Below, piece after piece: positions 12,229 through 24,402 of a DNA stretch of 64,000 nt (the first letter of the stretch is position 1; each line of letters opens with the position of its first letter). A program made the position numbers and the translations under genes. The notes beneath the pieces were generated by a model, which saw only the letters and a program-made list of their open reading frames with translations, was not told the DNA's origin and did no database searches. This DNA is from Entomortierella parvispora E1425 (Eukaryota; Fungi; Mortierellomycota): NCBI GenBank assembly GCA_020891255.1, contig BQFW01000006.1:930001-994000 (forward strand), read 5' to 3'.

Positions 12229-14153
12229 GGTGTGGGTGATGATGAGATGAGGGGGAGGGGAGGGATGAAGGAGGATGGAGGAAGAGAAGAGAGAAGGAAG
12301 AGAAGAAGAGAGAAGAGAGCAGAGAAAGAAACACACATCCACAGCCAGCCAGGAACAGGCAGAACCCCGGCCACACAGGCGCGGAGGATGTTTCTGAGGC
12401 CTTTCACAATTATTGTTAATGTGTCCAGCACCCCATTTTTTTTATAATTTTTTTTTTCCTTTGACTGGCGGGCCTTTTTGTATCTCAGCTCGTGTTGCGT
12501 GTGTTTCTTCTTTCTTTCACTCTTACTCGTCCTCTTGTCTCCTTTCCAGCACTGTGCATGCCTCAGCTCCACTGCTGGAGATCCTCTCATCCTGGGTGTG
12601 GTTCCCTTCTCACCTTCTCTCGCCTTTTCTTTGCATGAATGACAGACCTGACCTGACCTGACCTGAGCAGACGGTGAAACGATCTGGGCCGTGCTTGTGT
12701 TCCCGATCCACCACTGTCCAGTCAGCACGTTTTCGCTAATCTTTAGCGCCTTTGTGATCTGACCCGATCCCGTGAATACGAGTCCATATCGACATTATCC
12801 ATTTCTCATTGCAAAAGGCATAGAGTTAAAAGATATCCCATATTTCACCTACTTCGTGTTTCTCCCCTTCGCAACTTCCCGAGTTCCGAAAGGTGAATCC
12901 CCTCCCCCCCTACTCTTTCACCGCGAAACACACGTCCGATTAAAAAAAAAAAAAATCCGTGAAGAGAGCCAGAGAGCCGAGTTCCCGAGATACCTTATTC
13001 AATTCGGGAGCAGCCAGCAGAAGAGACAAGCAACAAACAACACAATTATTCTCCACTCCCAGCAAGCCAGCAGCAGCAGGGCAGAGCACTTTTCCAAATT
13101 TGAGTTTTCTTTCAGACTGGCCAATTCAATGCCGAACAAGGACTCAGGCACATGCTTCAGTTCCCAAACATTATTATACTTGCACCACTTCTGCAGGTCT
13201 TTCATGCCATTCGATTTCGTCTTTCAGCTGATAGAGCCCTTTTTTTTCTCTTAGAACCTGGATAGGACCAATGACCCTCCACTCAAGGAACAAGATCAAC
13301 CAACTCGTTTTTGTAGACGAGATTCATTTCTTGACTTGTGTTATTATTATTTGAAACGCTTGGAATAAAAGGTAAGGTGAGGGGGTGGTCTATCAGTACA
13401 AGATGGGGTGTGTAGGTGGGCAATCGTGGAGAAGAACGGCAAGAGAGGCAAAAGATTAACAAGGACAAGGAATAGAAAAGAAACAAAGACAGTCTATAGC
13501 GGTGATATTAAGTAGAGGAAGGAGATTTGGTGGTGTCGAGAATCGGATGACAAAGGTATCAAGGGAAGCGTGTTTGGACTCTCCACCGGATCAGAGGTGG
13601 GTGAGCTTTGCATCGGGATATGTTAGATGAACAGGCCGCGTCCGAAGAGCCGAGTATTCCTCTTCTGATCCCTTCCAGATGTGAAGACTGTTGCAATTTT
13701 CATCTACGTTCAACATGACCCTGGCTTCTTCCTCGCACTGCACCATGAATGCAGCTACCCTGATGTTCAACAAGCATCGGTGTGTTTTTTGTTGTTGTTG
13801 TCGATTGTTGATGATTTGTTAATTTTGGTGTTGAGGTTTAGTTCCATGATTTTGAAGTAAAACAGTCGGATTGTACAAGGAAAGACAAGACAGAAAACAA
13901 GTAGAGAGACAAAGTCAGATACGGCAGATAGGATGGTAAAGAGGATGCCGAAAAGGGGTTCTGTGCCTAGTATTTGAGAGGTGGAGGGACGCTTTGTCTC
14001 CTATCGACCCAGCACCAAAAAAAAAGGGTGGGATGAAGGAGAGAGCGGGAGCGAGAGAAAGAGAGACAGAACAGGATACTGATGAACACCAAGGAAAGAG
14101 AAAGAGAGAGAGATAGAGAGAGCGAGGATGTAGACGGGATCTGGACATTGGAC

Positions 14154-15257
14154 TTACTTTTTCTCACGGCGAGGCAACCCCATGCCAGTTCCCTCAGGGC
14201 GACCATACAAGTAGGTTGAGAAGATAACAAGCACGGCTCCAAGCTGGAACTGGAACGAAGGCTCGAAATCAAATAGATACACCGAGATGACGCCAGAGAT
14301 GATGATCGAGAGCGAGGTTGCAAAGCCCTTCAGGATATTGTCTGCGTACTTCACCACGATCGCCACCAACAATCCCCCCAAAGCTTGGTTGCAAACCACG
14401 AGCCACGTCATCGTCGTGTACCCTTGCAATAATCCACCTTCCACGATCCGTTGTCGATCGTACCACATGGCGAGCAAAGTGAAGATTGATCCTGAGAGTC
14501 CTAATTGCAGGTTTCTGACCCACATGTCCGTCTCATTGCCCTTGAGGATCTTCTCAAAGTAGCAGCCTGCAAATCCAGAAGAGACGCACGACGTCAATAC
14601 AGCCAACAGACCTACGATCGGATTCTGGATGGGTCCAAAGTCCAGTTCTTCCGCGCCTCCATTAATCTGGTTTGTCGCCTCGGCCATATTCTCGCTCACA
14701 GCAGCATCCAAGATCTCGTCATCTTCTCCAGAAAGCATTTCATCCTTGGTATCGACTATGACCGCCGATGCTTTTGATCCCACGTTTTGAAGTTGGACCA
14801 CAGTGACTCCAGCCATGAGTAGACACAAGGCCAGCCACTTTTGACGGGACAATCTCCGATTCAACATCAAGACTGAAAAGATGGCCGTCCAGAGAATCTT
14901 CATCTGGTAGCTGACCTGGAATGTTGCAGCCTCGAGGTTGGAGAGCGCCACATAGAGCAGGTTGTTTTGGAGGGCATACAGTCCTGAAGGCACCAACATC
15001 TTGAGGATCTCCTGAGGCTGTTCCAGAATCTCCTTTCGAAGCGTGTACATTGTTCGTCCGATCGATTTGGTCTTGTAGACAAGCACGGCTAGACAAGCGA
15101 CCATCTTGAGGATCTCAGCAAAGAACACGGCGGTGGAGGCGAGGTACATTGGCTGGTCTGGATCGACAGAAACTCGCGAGTACCGCATCATCAGCACCAG
15201 TGTACTGTTTTGTAGCAGTAGGATTAACAGCGACAAATACTTCATCGACACGCCCAT
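14154..15257 (-). CDS. UDP-galactose / nucleotide-sugar transporter (SLC35A family, Gms1-like)
   Basis: Signature segments: KYLSLLILLLQNS, VPSGLYALQNNLLY, YQMKILWTAIFS, SGFAGCYFEKILK, WVRNLQL, GGLLVAIVVKYADNILKGFATSLSII. A branch+acceptor (GCTAATGTAG, ~15275) just upstream suggests an unplaced upstream exon or a 5'-UTR intron, so the start is uncertain. Confidence 0.92.
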   Translation of the reverse strand: MGVSMKYLSLLILLLQNSTLVLMMRYSRVSVDPDQPMYLASTAVFFAEILKMVACLAVLVYKTKSIGRTMYTLRKEILEQPQEILKMLVPSGLYALQNNLLYVALSNLEAATFQVSYQMKILWTAIFSVLMLNRRLSRQKWLALCLLMAGVTVVQLQNVGSKASAVIVDTKDEMLSGEDDEILDAAVSENMAEATNQINGGAEELDFGPIQNPIVGLLAVLTSCVSSGFAGCYFEKILKGNETDMWVRNLQLGLSGSIFTLLAMWYDRQRIVEGGLLQGYTTMTWLVVCNQALGGLLVAIVVKYADNILKGFATSLSIIISGVISVYLFDFEPSFQFQLGAVLVIFSTYLYGRPEGTGMGLPRREKK

Positions 15258-18160
15258 GAACGTTGTCCCGTCATCTACATTAGCAGTAATCAAAGAGATG
15301 TGCAAATCGCGTCAGCCCTTGTGTTCCTCTTCTATCTCTCTCACACACACTCTCTTTCTCCCCTTTAATGTCTGATCTGTTGTTTGATCCTGCCTGCGAG
15401 TAGGGCTTAGACGCAAGTCGAAAGACGATCCCCTGTTTCCGGTGGACTAGGGGGGGAAGGGGGAGAGGTCCAGCCCAGGCCTTTGAAAAGAGACCGCGAG
15501 TCCATCCTGTCATCCACTCCAGTGTTGGGACGTTGAGCAAGACAAAGGAAGAACCCTCGCGCCTTTTTTCTTTTCGTTGCTAACAATATCAAGACGGGGG
15601 TGCCAGCAAGGGGGAATACTCTAGCATTTCCTCGTCATCCTCTCCTCCTCCTGGTTCCCTCCTCGTCCCTCAACTGCTTCCTTAGTTCCATTTTTTTTGC
15701 ATTGTCCTCCCTGTGCCCTATCCTGCTTGCACACGTCTTTCCAATATGATCTGTTCTGAAGATACTTTGGTGTGACAAGAATACTCCTGTGGCCCTTCAT
15801 ATCGTCTTCAAAAAGCAATGAAAAAGCAGCAATACTCACGTTTGCCGCGACCACTTTGATGGTGTATTGTTGGGAGACCCCCTGGCTGTTTTTCTGAGTT
15901 AATGGCGCTTTGCATGGGTATAGTGGGTTGATGTTGCGTGCGCGCGCGCGAATGGAAGTGTCGAACAGATGAAGGTGGTGGCTCTTCAAGAATGCGTGCT
16001 TCTTGTGGCACGGAAGCAAAACGCAGAGTCCTGACAAGTGGATCGGGTCCAGATGATGGGTTGACAGCGAGATGAGCTTGAGAGGGCGAGCTTTACGGTG
16101 TCCAGATGGCTGCCTTTGTCCGAGAGATGAGACCTTCTTGCGGGATGGATGGGCAGAACGGGGATGGTGAGAGGAGAGCGTGAAAAGTGGTTAAGTGAAG
16201 AAGAGCAGCAGAGAGGGGGAAGAAAGAAAGTGAAAAATAAGTGAGCAAAGGTCAGAGAGAGAGAGGAGGGAGAGCTTGTAATGCATCGGATCGAATCGCT
16301 GTTTGAACGCGTGCAGGCACCAAACTCTCTCAGCTCCAGACTTTTGTCAATTCCCATCCTTTCCAAAGGAGACGCACAGGGGAATAAGGCGACAGCAGCT
16401 GCGCTTCTCTTGTTGGAGATCAAGATCAGGATCCCGTTTTGTCTTTTGCCCGTCAATTGGTCAAGCAGAGGTAGCTGGCTTCTGAGATGGTTCAGGCACC
16501 GAAACAACCAGCAGGGCTCTCCTCCGTTGTTGCTTCTTTCCAATCCCGCACCTCTTCCAAAAAAACAAACAGATTTGATGGGCCCAGTCCAGAGGCTTGT
16601 TTTGCCATCCTCGCCAGGTGCTTTGAGTGCAACCTCCAACTTTGTTCTTTTTCTCGTAAAATGTCCTCGTCTCCAGTTTTCAACATAGCCCCGTAGCCCA
16701 AAAGTGTTTTTGAAATTTGTTTTAATGGTGTGTTTGTTGAGTTAGGTAAATGTCGGGGTATCCATCTCCTGCTGGAAGAATGAAATCGAAGTCTTGAAGG
16801 ACTTTTGTTTTGACTCGGACCTTGGGGATCAGGGGGAACCGCGCTTTCAGCTGCTTGTCGATCGCATTTACTTGGAACGAGCTCTCATTTTTCTTCTTTT
16901 GCGTTTAAGGCGACGAACGCGCTTCTTCTTCCACTTGTCTCTCATCTACAGAGTTCACAAAGGGGGTCATAGGTTAGATATCAAGGCATTGGTACGTTGG
17001 TGATGAAACTGAAGTCCAGGGTGAATGTGTATGTGACTAGATGTCGTTGAACGAGAGGAGGGGAAGGGGCAGGGTGAGGGGGAGGCCGAGAGTAGGGGGT
17101 CCAACTTCTGGTCTCCTGTTTGTTTTCGTATTTGAAAATAATGAATCCGGATCCGATCCTGCAAAAGGTTTAGACGATCCATCGATCGACTGTGAGTGAT
17201 GATATGAATGCATCCGATAAGATATCGATGGTCCGGCAAATGAAGGTTGGGGATAGAGGATGGATGGGATCCTCAAGGATGACCCCGGCGAATCCCTGCT
17301 ACAAAAGCTATGGTCAAGAGAGTACAGAGAACAAACGATGCCAATACCTTTGATTGATTTTGGAAGGAGGGGGTTTCAAAGGGGACACGAAAAAAAAATA
17401 ATTTATACACTTAAATGTGTTTGGAAATAAAGAAGTGATTGGAAATAAAGAAATATGCCAACAGAGTGGTTTCTTCAGTCTCCACCTTGTCTTTTTTTTT
17501 ATGTCATCGCTTTTAACACACTCAACCGGATGCTGGTTACATCGGCGTTGTTTTACCATCTGTAGGAGAGGCTGGAAAGAGCCGGTCGTAGACCGCTAAA
17601 AGCTGTGCGTGCTTGTCCCGGACGCCTGTTCTATGCAGGACGACATTTCGGCAAAAATACCATGGCTCGTCAAGATGGCTTTACCTGAGCCGCTACTCCG
17701 ACTTACTAGAGTCTATTATATGGTCTTGGAGGAAATAGATATTTTTCCGCGCTGACTAAAACTTGTCAGTAACCGAGGCTTTATTGCAGAAACGACCACC
17801 ACAGAGAGTTTTGGACATTCTTTCGATAACAGATACCAAAAAGTATCACAGCTGTTTGATTGATGTCTCCACTGAGGAGACCTGGCAAGAAGCGCCTGCC
17901 CGATCCTGGACAAGAGCCCTGCGAAACACCACCAAAATCTCCATGGGCCCCTATTTGTATATTCATTCAAATAACTCTGTCTCCTACAATTGTGCCCTCA
18001 GAAGATATTGGCCCTATTTCCGCACGGATCCTACAGAGGATGAGGAGCAGCTGAAAGTTGAAGTTGAAAACGAGAAAAATGAGCAAAAAATTCTCTTTAA
18101 TTCCGGTAATGGAATCGACAAGTCTGACAAAGCTATGCTTAACGAACCATGGCATACACT

Positions 18161-19330
18161 TTAATGGCCCGACGTCCTGCAACCTTGTAAGTGTAGATCG
18201 CCATGGAGCTGAGGGTCAATGACGTATTGGGAGTCCTCCTTGGTCATGTTCCTCATAAGCTTCATATCCTCCGTTTCGATGTCGTCGGTCTGCTCGGCCA
18301 GGTCCGAGTCATCCTCTTCGTCCTCGTCGTCATTATGGCTACAATAAGGGTCCCTCTTCTTGACGTGTTTTTTGTACCGCGTATCACAAGCTACCAAGTG
18401 TAACACCAGGCCATCCGTTTTGAACTCGGTCCTTAGGACGAGCGGCCTTTCACCAGAGACCTTTCTCTCCGTCAACCGGATTGTGTGCCCGTAGCCATCC
18501 GATGTTCCCTCCTCGACTGGTGTCGGTCGTATAAAAGCTCATCCAGTTTTGTCGCTCCATGATGCTGAAGAGTCTAGTAAGCCGGAAGATCCGCTCCATC
18601 GTGTCATTCCATATGTATATGTCGGTGCCGGCTGAGAAGTAGGTATTGGTGCGTGAAGTGGAAGTTGCCATTGTACCCTCCATATGACTTGAAGAGGACG
18701 ATCCTTCTAAGGCCATGGAAAACGATTTTGAAGCGCGTCGTTGAGGGGCCAATGGCGTCATGAACAAGTATAGATCGAGCTCTGCGACGGGGATAAAGAT
18801 GGCCATATCTTTCGGATGGATAAAGTCTGCGAAAGGGCCACCATTGTCGTTATGAGTCTGGAACCATGTGATGGCCGGTATGTTGCTCTTGGAGTTCCAG
18901 ATGGTCTGCTTATCTTCGTCTTGAAACTATGATCAAAGAGTTTTGAATCAACAGCGTTAACAAATTGCAAGGCAAGGGAAGGGACCAGAGATTTTGACAG
19001 TCAGTCCTCATCAACCCCTTCGCAAAAGGACACAGATCCGGTCTCCTCTTGATATCTGTCAAAGATCCAGTGGACGTAAAGTTTGCTCCAATCTGTTCTT
19101 CTTTCCTTGGAGCGGCGAGTGGATGTTTTCTGGCTATTCTCAATCACCTGGTTCATATCGTCCTCTGTCGCCTTGCGGTTTGTGCCCAAAAAGACGAGGG
19201 TGGCTAGTGCGTAGATGACGGTTTGTCCAATGACTTTTCTGTACTAGTCCCGCTATAGGTGGGCACAACATAGCGAACGTAGTTCAGGGGCAAACGGCCT
19301 CGTTACCTTCAACTCGTGGATGAAGAAGGG
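18161..19330 (-). pseudogene. Degenerate Fanzor/TnpB-like (OMEGA nuclease family) gene fragment
   Basis: Overlapping minus-strand frames, broken by stops and frameshifts, read ...CPFAKGLMRTDCQNLWS..., then ...GPFADFIHPKDMAIFIPVAELDLYLFMTPLAPQRR..., then ...PLVLRTEFKTDGLVLHLVACDTRYKK followed by an acidic insert. The [FI]xTDG-hydrophobic strand is the motif I recall preceding RuvC-I in Fanzor/TnpB proteins. No RuvC-I (GxDxG) or Zn finger is visible downstream. Confidence 0.45.
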
Positions 19331-20153
19331 AAAATCCTTAGGAGGATAGTCGTGGGGGCGGACGTGCCACGGTGCTCACCAGAGCCACAGTCGTTGTCAA
19401 ATCCAAGGCTCGCCGCGTCAAACGAAAGGCATGCCCAAACGCATCTTCGGTGACGTATGAAGAGTTTACGTCACAGAATTTAAAGGATGCATGTGTAATT
19501 TGCCATGCGACAAGGTCCATGGACGTCTGGGCAGCGGCGCGTGAATAAGAGGGTTAGCATGGATCGCAGTGGATGGCAGCACATAGAGCCTCAACCCTCT
19601 CCCAGCACCAAGGTCATCGAAGGATAGCTAGGTCAAAGTCGCGTAAAGAGTGATGCTGATTTTGTGCCTGGGTGGAGCTGAACTCTCACACTCGCGTGTG
19701 CCTTTTAGAAGGAGCTTCTACTGGTGTCATGAACAACACCGCATGCTTCTGACAGAGAGATTGGCCCAGGTTGTGCCAATGATGACTAGACAGGACACGA
19801 CATGAGCAGGGGGCACGAGCGATAGTATGCTGTCTGCTAGACGATTGAGTGGGTGCAGCAGAACAATAAAGAAACAAAAGGGCAAAAGAGGCAAAGGCAA
19901 AAAAAGCAAACCGCGCTTTTTTTTTTTTTCTTTTTTTTTTTTCTCTTCTCTTCTCTTCTTTTCTCTCAATCTCCCCTCTCCCTCTGCATCCGCCGCCCTT
20001 GGTTCCCTTTTTTTATTTTTTTTGTGCTTTCCTCAATCTCTTTGTCTCCCCCTTCTTTGCCGCGTGCTCATCTCTTTTTCTCCTCATCCTCCTTCGCAGC
20101 CCTGCACATCCCCCCTCCCACCTTCCCCTCATAAATCAGCTCCACCTGTCGCA

Positions 20154-23100
20154 ATGTCGTCCCCCATCGGAGAGATCCTCTTGAACACGCTCTCGCCTGG
20201 TAAGACCAAACCCTTTTCAGCCTTTGTTGTCACTAGCCCTATTGAGACAGGAGCCTTCAGGGCGATGAGAAGGTCTCCGGGCCCGTTCAGTCTTGTCTTT
20301 TCCTGCAGCCTCCTGCTCTCGTGATTAGTCTCGCGACAGCATGCTTGATCCGAGCAAATCCTTGCAGGGCGGTGCTTATTTGGCTCTAGCTGCACAATGG
20401 TCTGAAATGACATTACATCAGCACGCTTATTTAACAATCATTAACACCTGCGTGCGTGCATGGCGTGCCATTTCTCTCCTTTTAGAGCAGCAGATTCGTG
20501 AGACTGCCACGCATCAGCTCGAGACGGCCGCCAAGGAGGATTTTGTATGTGTGGTTTCTATGGTCTTCGCGATGATTTCGCGCTCTTCGCTGCGGCTGTC
20601 TTTTTCGCTTGGAATGCACAAAAGGATGACTTACAGGACACTGCAACTGATAAACTGGACCGGACTGGACTCCAGTGGACAGCAGAATTGCTTGACTAGT
20701 TACCTAGTCATTGTTACCATATCAACAACCAGCACTGGCAGACTTCTCGGGATTATCCTGAAGTGTGGATAATCACCAAGACCCTCAAATATCACCTGGG
20801 ATGACTCGCTTTAAAAAGACTCTTTATAGCTCCACGAGAAGACTCACTTTTTTCCATCCTTTTTATGATAGAAACAATATGTTGTCATGCTGTGCCAGGA
20901 ACTTAGCATGGAGCAAAGCCAAGCCCGCATTGCCGCTGGTTTGGCTCTCAAGAACGCACTGACTGCGAGGGTAGGGCATGCTTGAATTAAAATTGACCAT
21001 GTGTTCTCTCAGCCAGTGCTCTAAATCTCTCACCTCTCTCCCCATGATTTATATAGGAAACGGTTCGTCGCGACGAAATGTCGGCACGTTGGATGAGCAT
21101 CGACCCCGATACCCGATCCCAGATTAAAAACCTGGTAAGGATCTTTTATTGGAAGTAGGACTGATTTGAAACAAATATGACTCTATTGGACTGACGCTCT
21201 CTTTGCAACTTATTCTTCAGGTTTTGACTACTCTTGGTACAGCGGATCTTCGTGCTGGCCTTGTTGCTGCCCAGGTTGTGGCTGCTGTAGCTGCTATTGA
21301 GCTTCCCATCGGCGAATGGGAAGATGTTATTCGACAGATGCTCCAAACCCTTCAAACTTCGGATAACAACAACTTGAAGCAGTGCACATTCAAGGCTATC
21401 GGATATGTCTGCGAGTCAATTGTAAGAGTGCAAGAAATGGCATTGATCTCACGCGAGTGGATACGGTAGTAGATAGTTGTACTAATTCGAGTTTTTTTCC
21501 ACTATAGCACCATGACATCTTGACCACGCAAGCCAACAACATTCTCACAGCCGTTGTTCAGGGAGCACGCAAGGAGGAGCCAAGTGAGGAGGTTCGCTTG
21601 GCTGCTATTGGCGCTTTGTACAACTCGTTGGAATTCGTGAAGGAGAACTTTGGTCGTGAGGGAGAGAGAAACTATATCATGCAGGTCGTTTGTGAGGCAA
21701 CCCAGAGCAAGGATGTTCAGGTTCAGATTGTCGCCTTTGAGTGCTTGGTCCGCATCATGCAGCTTTACTACGACAAGATGCCTTTCTACATGCAAAAGGC
21801 CGTTTATGGAGTAAGTCGATAGCCCTATCTACGGAGTGATATTTGAATTGACACATACGTATGCACACCTGAAAACGTATGCTAAATATGTATTCTTGCT
21901 ACAATAGATCACTGTTCAAGGAATGAAGCATGAGAACGAGCGTGTCGCTTTGCAGGCAGTCGAGTTCTGGTCCACTGTGTGCGAGGAGGAAATTGACCTT
22001 GAGTTGATCAAGTCCGATGTATGTCCATAATTCTGCTCTGATCTTTGTAAAGCTTTCACATACACTAACATTACCGATATTGTTCTACATAGGCGCTTGA
22101 GGCTGGAGAGACTCCTGATGTAATCAACTACAACTTCGCCAAGTTGGCCCTTCCAGAGACCCTGCCAGTTCTTTTGCAGTTGATGGCCAAGCAGGATGAG
22201 GACGATGATGAAGATGACTGGAACTTGTCGATGGCTGCTGGAACCTGTTTGTCTTTGACTGCTCAGTGTGTGGGTGATGACTGTGTCACTCCTGTCATCC
22301 AGTTTGTTGAAGCCAACATTCGTCATCAAGAGTGGCAGTACCGTGAGGCCTCAGTTATGGCCTTCGGTTCCATCCTTGATGGCCCATCTGCGGAGTTGTT
22401 GGTCCCTCCCGTCGCACAGGCTCTGCCATACCTTATCGAGATGATGAACGACCCTGTTGTCAAGGTTAAAGATACCACTGCCTGGACCCTGGGTCGTGTT
22501 TCCCAGTCTCTGATCGAGTGCATTACTCCCGAGGTCCATCTCCAGCCCTTGATCGAGGCCCTCATGCGTGGACTTCAGGACAACAACCGCATCGTCTCCA
22601 ACTGCTGCTTGTCTTTGATGAACCTGGCTGAGCAGCTCGAGCCTCAAGACTCTGAGGCCCTCAGCAGTCCCATGTCTCCTTATTTTGACGGCGTCGTTAC
22701 TGCGTTGATGCAGATTACTGGTCGCAACACCAACGAGGCCTTCTCGCGTACTTCTGCCTACGAAGCTATCTCTGTGATGGTTTCCCACAGCGCAAGAGAC
22801 ACATTCCCAACTATCTCTGCCCTTTCTATCACAATCCTGGATCGTCTTGAGCAGAGCATTGCTGTCCAAAACCAAGTCGTTGGTGTCGATGAGCGCAACT
22901 CCCACAGCGAGCTTCAGTCCAACATCTGCAGTGTCTTGACCAACATTATTCGTCGTGTAAACAAGGATATTGCCGTCCTTGCTGATCGTATCATGACCGT
23001 TTTGCTCCAGCTTTTGGCTGCTGCGTCGAAGCACTCCACCATTCTTGAGGATGCCTTCTTGGCCGTTGGCGCTTTGACGACCGCATTGGAGTCCGAGTTT

Positions 23101-23868
23101 GGTCGTTACTTGGAGTCGTTTGCCCCTTACCTGTTCAGCGCTTTGGCTAACCACGAGGAGTACCAACTTTGCTCCATTGCCGTTGGTTTGATTGGAGATA
23201 TTTGCCGTAGCTTGGGTCCCCAGTCGGCCACTTACTGCAACGAGTTCATGTCGACCTTGTTGCAGAACTTGCAGAGCCCTGTCCTCCACCGTAACGTCAA
23301 GCCTGCCATTCTTTCCTGCTTCGGTGATATTGCCTTGGCCATTGAGGGACAGTTTGGAAACTATCTTGATGTCACCATGAACGTCCTCGCACAGGCCTGT
23401 ACCATTCGAGCTTCTCCTGTAAGACTATGACTACTTCGCAACAGATGCTGTAGGAGATCTAGATATGGTGAGACTAACTTGCTCTGTTTTCCCAATTAGT
23501 CTGATGGCGATATGATTGACTATGTCAACCAGCTTCGCGAGGGTATTGTGGATGCATACGTCGGTATTGTCCAGGGATTGAAGGCTGGCGAGAGCTCTGC
23601 TCTCTTGGCGCCTCATCTTACCCATGTATTTGAGTTCCTGAACACTGTCTACAACGATCCCGAGAGATCTGACAACGTGTTGCGCAACATGATTGGACTT
23701 ATTGGAGACCTTGCAGAGTCCTTCCCAGGAGGTGAGATCAAGAGCCTCTTGCAGGCTGACTGGATCTCTGCGTGCCTGAAGGAGGGCCGTAGCAGCCGCC
23801 AGATCTCAGTTACGACGAAGGAGGTTGCACGATGGGCCAAGGAGATGGTGAAGCGCGCGACTATGTAA
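20154..23868 (+). CDS. KAP95: Importin subunit beta-1 (KAP95/KPNB1), multi-exon
   Basis: Exon 1 is 20154-20199 ([15 protein letters not shown]), exon 2 is 20486-20544, exon 3 starts at 20872 ([12 protein letters not shown]). Later HEAT-repeat motifs include [61 protein letters not shown] and [15 protein letters not shown]. Confidence 0.97.
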
Positions 23869-24402
23869 AGAGGACATATTTTCTTCATGCCTTGTTGGTT
23901 TCTTTTTATTTTGCATTGCCTTCTTTCTCTCCCCTGTTTTTCACGTTCTTGTGGGGTCGCCATTGAGACAACCATTGGGTCCTTCCTTGACCTCATGAAA
24001 AGCCCTTTTGTTCGATTCCCCCATTGTACTTTTCCCCCACCCTTTACACCTTTAAAATTTCTTTATGAGAGGTCGCGGCAAAAAAAGTCGCCACTTCTTC
24101 CATTTTACCCCTTCTTATTTTTTTTTTCGTTGCAACCCTTTCCTTTCGTCTTTCAGTGTGTGATTTATTAGCGGTCGCGTCTCTTTCTTTTTGTCCTCAT
24201 TTATTTACCCTTTCACATCCTCTTACGTTTGCTTCTTCCAGACGCGACTGACCTTTTTTACAACAGCTTTTTCTTTTCTTTACCTTCAGGATTTGCACGC
24301 CTTTCACCCCCATTTGATAATAAAAAATACATCTTAAAGCTGAACAGGCTCCACACGACTCGAATGATGATTGAATTTTTTTAATGATGTTGACATAGCA
24401 AT

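Noticed and set aside
17195-17300. GTGATGA C-box in a palindrome-rich stretch
   Set aside because: No CTGA D box or terminal stem at a suitable distance.
19827-20324. 165-aa ORF upstream of KAP95 (and similar Phe/Leu/Ser-rich ORFs at 4364-4672, 11901-12728 and 63412-63606)
   Set aside because: These are translations of CT-rich promoter/5'-UTR tracts, not credible coding sequence.
24009-24021. GTTCGATTCCC tRNA T-loop-like motif
   Set aside because: No acceptor stem, D-arm or A box; it lies in the KAP95 3' UTR.
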